64,000 nt of DNA from Alphaproteobacteria bacterium. GTDB lineage: Bacteria; Pseudomonadota; Alphaproteobacteria; Rs-D84. Numbering within the stretch: position 1 is the first letter of the stretch; the number at the start of each line of letters is the position of its first letter. The position numbers were made by a program, and so were the translations under genes. The DNA lies in NCBI GenBank assembly GCA_017935245.1, contig JAGBHZ010000011.1, positions 17,919-81,918 of the forward strand, written 5' to 3'. Positions 61,183 through 64,000 of this stretch are shown one piece after another. The notes beneath the pieces were generated by a model, which was given only the letters and a program-made list of their open reading frames with translations, had not been told where the DNA came from and searched no databases.

Positions 61183-62413
61183 ATCGACGTGGGCCACCCA
61201 TTGGATTGCCCATGCGCATCTGGTTCCCAGACGACATTGTGGTTGCGCCAACGCGACCCGTTACAATACGATCACCCATTTGAATTTCATCTGATATGAT
61301 TTCTGTTTCGGTGGCGGTACTTAACCCCTTTTGATATGGTATCAAGACAACCTTGTCATCACGCATCAACATCAGGTGCGTTTGTGGGGTGGCGCCGTTT
61401 ATATCTGCTTCGTCAATAATGCCATTAAAAGAACGTACCAAGAACGCGGAATTTGTGGCCTTCCATACATTTTCTTTTTCAGAAATAATAATTGTAACAA
61501 ATGCAGTCATTCCCGGTTTCAGGCGTAAATCCGTGTTATCGACGTCAATCACAACCGTATAAACCACCACGTTCGATGTTACCGTCGGCGACAGGCGTAT
61601 TTGACGAACGACCCCTTCGAATGTTTCGGTTGGATATGCATCAACGGTAAATGTAACCGGTTGACCATCACTGATTACACCAATATCCGCCTCGGATACG
61701 GATGTTTCAATTTGCATTTTTGTTAAATCTTCGGCAATTTCGAACAGGTCTGGTGTCTGGAACGATGCCGCAACGGTTTGACCAACATCAACCTTGCGCG
61801 AGATAACCGTGCCATTAACCGGCGATGTAATTGTCGCATACCCCAGGTTTGTTACCGCGCGTTCGTATTGGGATTGCATACGATTTACGGATGCTTCGGC
61901 CTGTTTATAGGTGTTTTCGGCCTGTTCCATTTCTGAACGGGCGATTATGTCGGCCTCGTACAATTCTTTGCTGCGGTTATATTCGCTTTTGGCCAGGTCG
62001 CGTTGTGAAATCGCACTGTCCAGAGATGCACGACTTTCATCAACAGTTGCCTGTAAAACAGACGGTTCAATTGTTAACAAGATATCACCCTTTTTTACCG
62101 TCGAATTAAAATCTACGTATAAATTATCGATTGTTCCAGACACCTGGGACCCAACATTTACAGTATTAACAGGCTGAATTTCACCGGTTGCGGTTACAAC
62201 CTGGCGCAGGTCGCCGCGCGTAACACGCACGGTTGAATATTCGGCGCGCTTGTTCTCATCGCCACCAAATATAAAAAATCCGCCCAGTGTCGCCACAATT
62301 AAAATCATAATCCACCAACGCTTTGCCCAAAGCCATGACAATAAACGCCGATACCATGGTCGTTTTGGCGCGGTTGGTTTTTGTGATAATTTCTTAGTTG
62401 TTTTCCGTACCAT
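61181..62413 (-). CDS. HlyD/MacA-type periplasmic adaptor protein
   Basis: N-terminal TM segment, lipoyl/hairpin region (KKGDILLTIEPSVLQATVDESRASL ... NLGYATITSPVNGTVISRKVDVGQTV). Confidence 0.75.
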   Translation of the reverse strand: MVRKTTKKLSQKPTAPKRPWYRRLLSWLWAKRWWIMILIVATLGGFFIFGGDENKRAEYSTVRVTRGDLRQVVTATGEIQPVNTVNVGSQVSGTIDNLYVDFNSTVKKGDILLTIEPSVLQATVDESRASLDSAISQRDLAKSEYNRSKELYEADIIARSEMEQAENTYKQAEASVNRMQSQYERAVTNLGYATITSPVNGTVISRKVDVGQTVAASFQTPDLFEIAEDLTKMQIETSVSEADIGVISDGQPVTFTVDAYPTETFEGVVRQIRLSPTVTSNVVVYTVVIDVDNTDLRLKPGMTAFVTIIISEKENVWKATNSAFLVRSFNGIIDEADINGATPQTHLMLMRDDKVVLIPYQKGLSTATETEIISDEIQMGDRIVTGRVGATTMSSGNQMRMGNPMGGPRR

Positions 62414-63737
62414 TGTTTTCTTCCTTTGCTAATTCTGCACTTATTTCACCGACCGATAATGCAACCGCGGCCCGTTTTGTAAATAAATCATAGCGCGCGG
62501 CATTATGCTGTTTTTCGGCGGTTACCAATTCAGACTGGGCCGTTTGCCAATCCAACATTGTTGCACGTCCAACACGATACATGCCCGCCGTTACACGTTC
62601 AGATTCGGTTGCGGACTTTAATAACGTTTTGGTCTGGGTTAAAACCTTTTGCGCGGTTTTATAATTCTGGTATGCGGTAAAAACATCCAGCGACGCATTA
62701 TCAGACGTGGCGCGTTCTTGTTCAATTGCCCGTTCATAATTTGCCGATGCACTGCGCACACCATACATATTGGCAAAGCCCGCAAATATCGGCATAGATG
62801 CACGAATACCAATACTGCCACTGACTTCGTCTATGCCGGCGCCATATGTTTCTGATGGACGATTATTCCACGATAATGAACCAGATGCCGAAATTGACGG
62901 CAGGTTCTTTAAAAACGCACTGTTTCGGCGATGCCATGCCGCATCCTTGTTTGCCGATGCCCGTAACAGGTCTGGACGCTTTTTTTCAGCGATGGCAAAC
63001 AATTCATCCAATGATTTTGTATCACCCGGCGTGCCAATTTCAGATGGCAGGTCCGCAATTTCCAGTTCTTGGTCCGCAGAAAAAGATAATTGTGCCAATA
63101 ATTTCCCCTTGGCAATTTCGCGATTATTTTTTGCACGTTCCAGGTCTAATTCGCGACTGGCCAATGTGGTGTCGGCCTTTAATACGTCGGCCTTGGCTAC
63201 GGCACCGGCCTTGAATTTTTTTGATGCGGTTTCATGCGCAGTTTTTGCAACCGACAATAACATTTCCGCCGATTTAACATCTGCATCCGCGTTCAGCAAT
63301 GCATAGTACGAACCAATTAATCCATAAATATAATTCTGGACCGATTCATCATAATCAAATCCCGCCGCACGCCATGCCGCGATTAACTGGTTCTGGTCAG
63401 ATAGACGCTTGCCAAAATCAAAAAGTAAATATGATGCCGACAAAGATGCGCCATACGACCAATCACCCCAATCCTTGTTCCGGTATGGTAATGACGCATT
63501 CGCAGACGCATTAACATTTGGTAAATAATTTGCGTAACCCGAATTTTTTGAAAAGCGCGCCGATTCGTATGCCAGATATGACGCCGCGGTCTGGGGGTTA
63601 CGGCACAGCCCCAGTTCAATTACCCCAGGTAAATTCATGCGTTCGGCCGGCACATCGGTGCGTGTTGCACAATTTTCAACCGATGCAGTGGCCATATATG
63701 GCACCAAAAAAAATGCAAAAAATGACAGTTTTCTCAT
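62394..63737 (-). CDS. TolC-family outer membrane protein
   Basis: Signal peptide MRKLSFFAFFLVPYMATA and a duplicated helical/beta architecture. Confidence 0.8.
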   Translation of the reverse strand: MRKLSFFAFFLVPYMATASVENCATRTDVPAERMNLPGVIELGLCRNPQTAASYLAYESARFSKNSGYANYLPNVNASANASLPYRNKDWGDWSYGASLSASYLLFDFGKRLSDQNQLIAAWRAAGFDYDESVQNYIYGLIGSYYALLNADADVKSAEMLLSVAKTAHETASKKFKAGAVAKADVLKADTTLASRELDLERAKNNREIAKGKLLAQLSFSADQELEIADLPSEIGTPGDTKSLDELFAIAEKKRPDLLRASANKDAAWHRRNSAFLKNLPSISASGSLSWNNRPSETYGAGIDEVSGSIGIRASMPIFAGFANMYGVRSASANYERAIEQERATSDNASLDVFTAYQNYKTAQKVLTQTKTLLKSATESERVTAGMYRVGRATMLDWQTAQSELVTAEKQHNAARYDLFTKRAAVALSVGEISAELAKEENNGTENN

Positions 63738-63831
63738 ATAAAATCTCTCTCGTGCGGAATACTTTTTTTATTTTACAATTTTTCGGTTGAAATACAAATA
63801 GTTTTTGCGTAATATGCACGTACGCAGTTAA

Positions 63832-63905
63832 GGCTTGGTGGCAGAGTGGTTATGCAGAGGACTGCAAATCCTTGGATGCCGGTTCGATTCCGACCCAAGC
63901 CTCCA
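63832..63905 (+). tRNA. tRNA-Cys (anticodon GCA)
   Basis: GGCTTGG acceptor stem, anticodon loop CTGCAAA, T loop TTCGATT, encoded CCA. One C-A mismatch in the T stem. Confidence 0.8.
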
Positions 63906-63907
63906 AA

Positions 63908-63938
63908 TAAAAAATCCCGCAAAACGCGGGATTTTTTT
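63908..63938 (+). terminator. Terminator after tRNA-Cys
   Basis: AAAAAATCCCGCaaaaCGCGGGATTTTTTT. Confidence 0.75.
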
Positions 63939-64000
63939 CTTACATTGGTAATTTTGGGGTATATTTTGCACAGCATGCATGTTTGTTGTTGGACGCGGGA

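Overview
This is a chromosomal window from a diderm (Gram-negative) bacterium that looks moderately AT-rich by eye. LptD, LptF/G, Pal, TolC-type proteins, a cysteine-less L31, PPDK and a fragmented dcw cluster fit an alphaproteobacterium-like, possibly host-associated lineage, but I cannot assign taxonomy from sequence alone. I call about 60 protein genes and 3 tRNAs (Gln-UUG, Glu-CUC, Cys-GCA). I saw no rRNA, CRISPR array, transposase or integrase. The housekeeping backbone is: a MarR-TolC-adaptor-RND efflux operon (1-4853), rpmE, uvrD, dnaQ, ppdK, a ptb-like gene, rluD, dnaX, a skp-like gene, comF, a murG-ftsW-mraY fragment, MliC, PBP1A, nusA-infB, lptF/G-lptD-surA-like-rlmN, infC (ATT start), a UDG-like gene, pal, and a TolC plus MacA-like pair. 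The accessory content I find most interesting is: (i) A two-gene cassette for signal-peptide-bearing cysteine-rich proteins, present twice (19.9-21.0 kb and 60.1-61.2 kb). Each copy has the same promoter layout and a conserved ~220-250 nt leader RNA that appears structured, with an internal intrinsic terminator and an SD/anti-SD mimic triplet. (ii) An orphan tandem array of five divergent TrbL/VirB6-like polytopic membrane proteins (10.4-17.0 kb). (iii) An operon of three 400-450 aa PilV/shufflon-N-like type IV pilin proteins (31.1-35.0 kb), plus a small pilin gene overlapping the dnaX stop codon (37.1 kb), with no pilus assembly genes in view. (iv) A 1029-aa cysteine-rich modular envelope protein. 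(v) An ART-like/HD-domain fusion protein beside a tRNA-Gln that carries an att-like 26-bp duplication. Several genes have consensus promoters placed so close to the ATG that they look leaderless. All family assignments come from reading motifs by eye. No database search was run.
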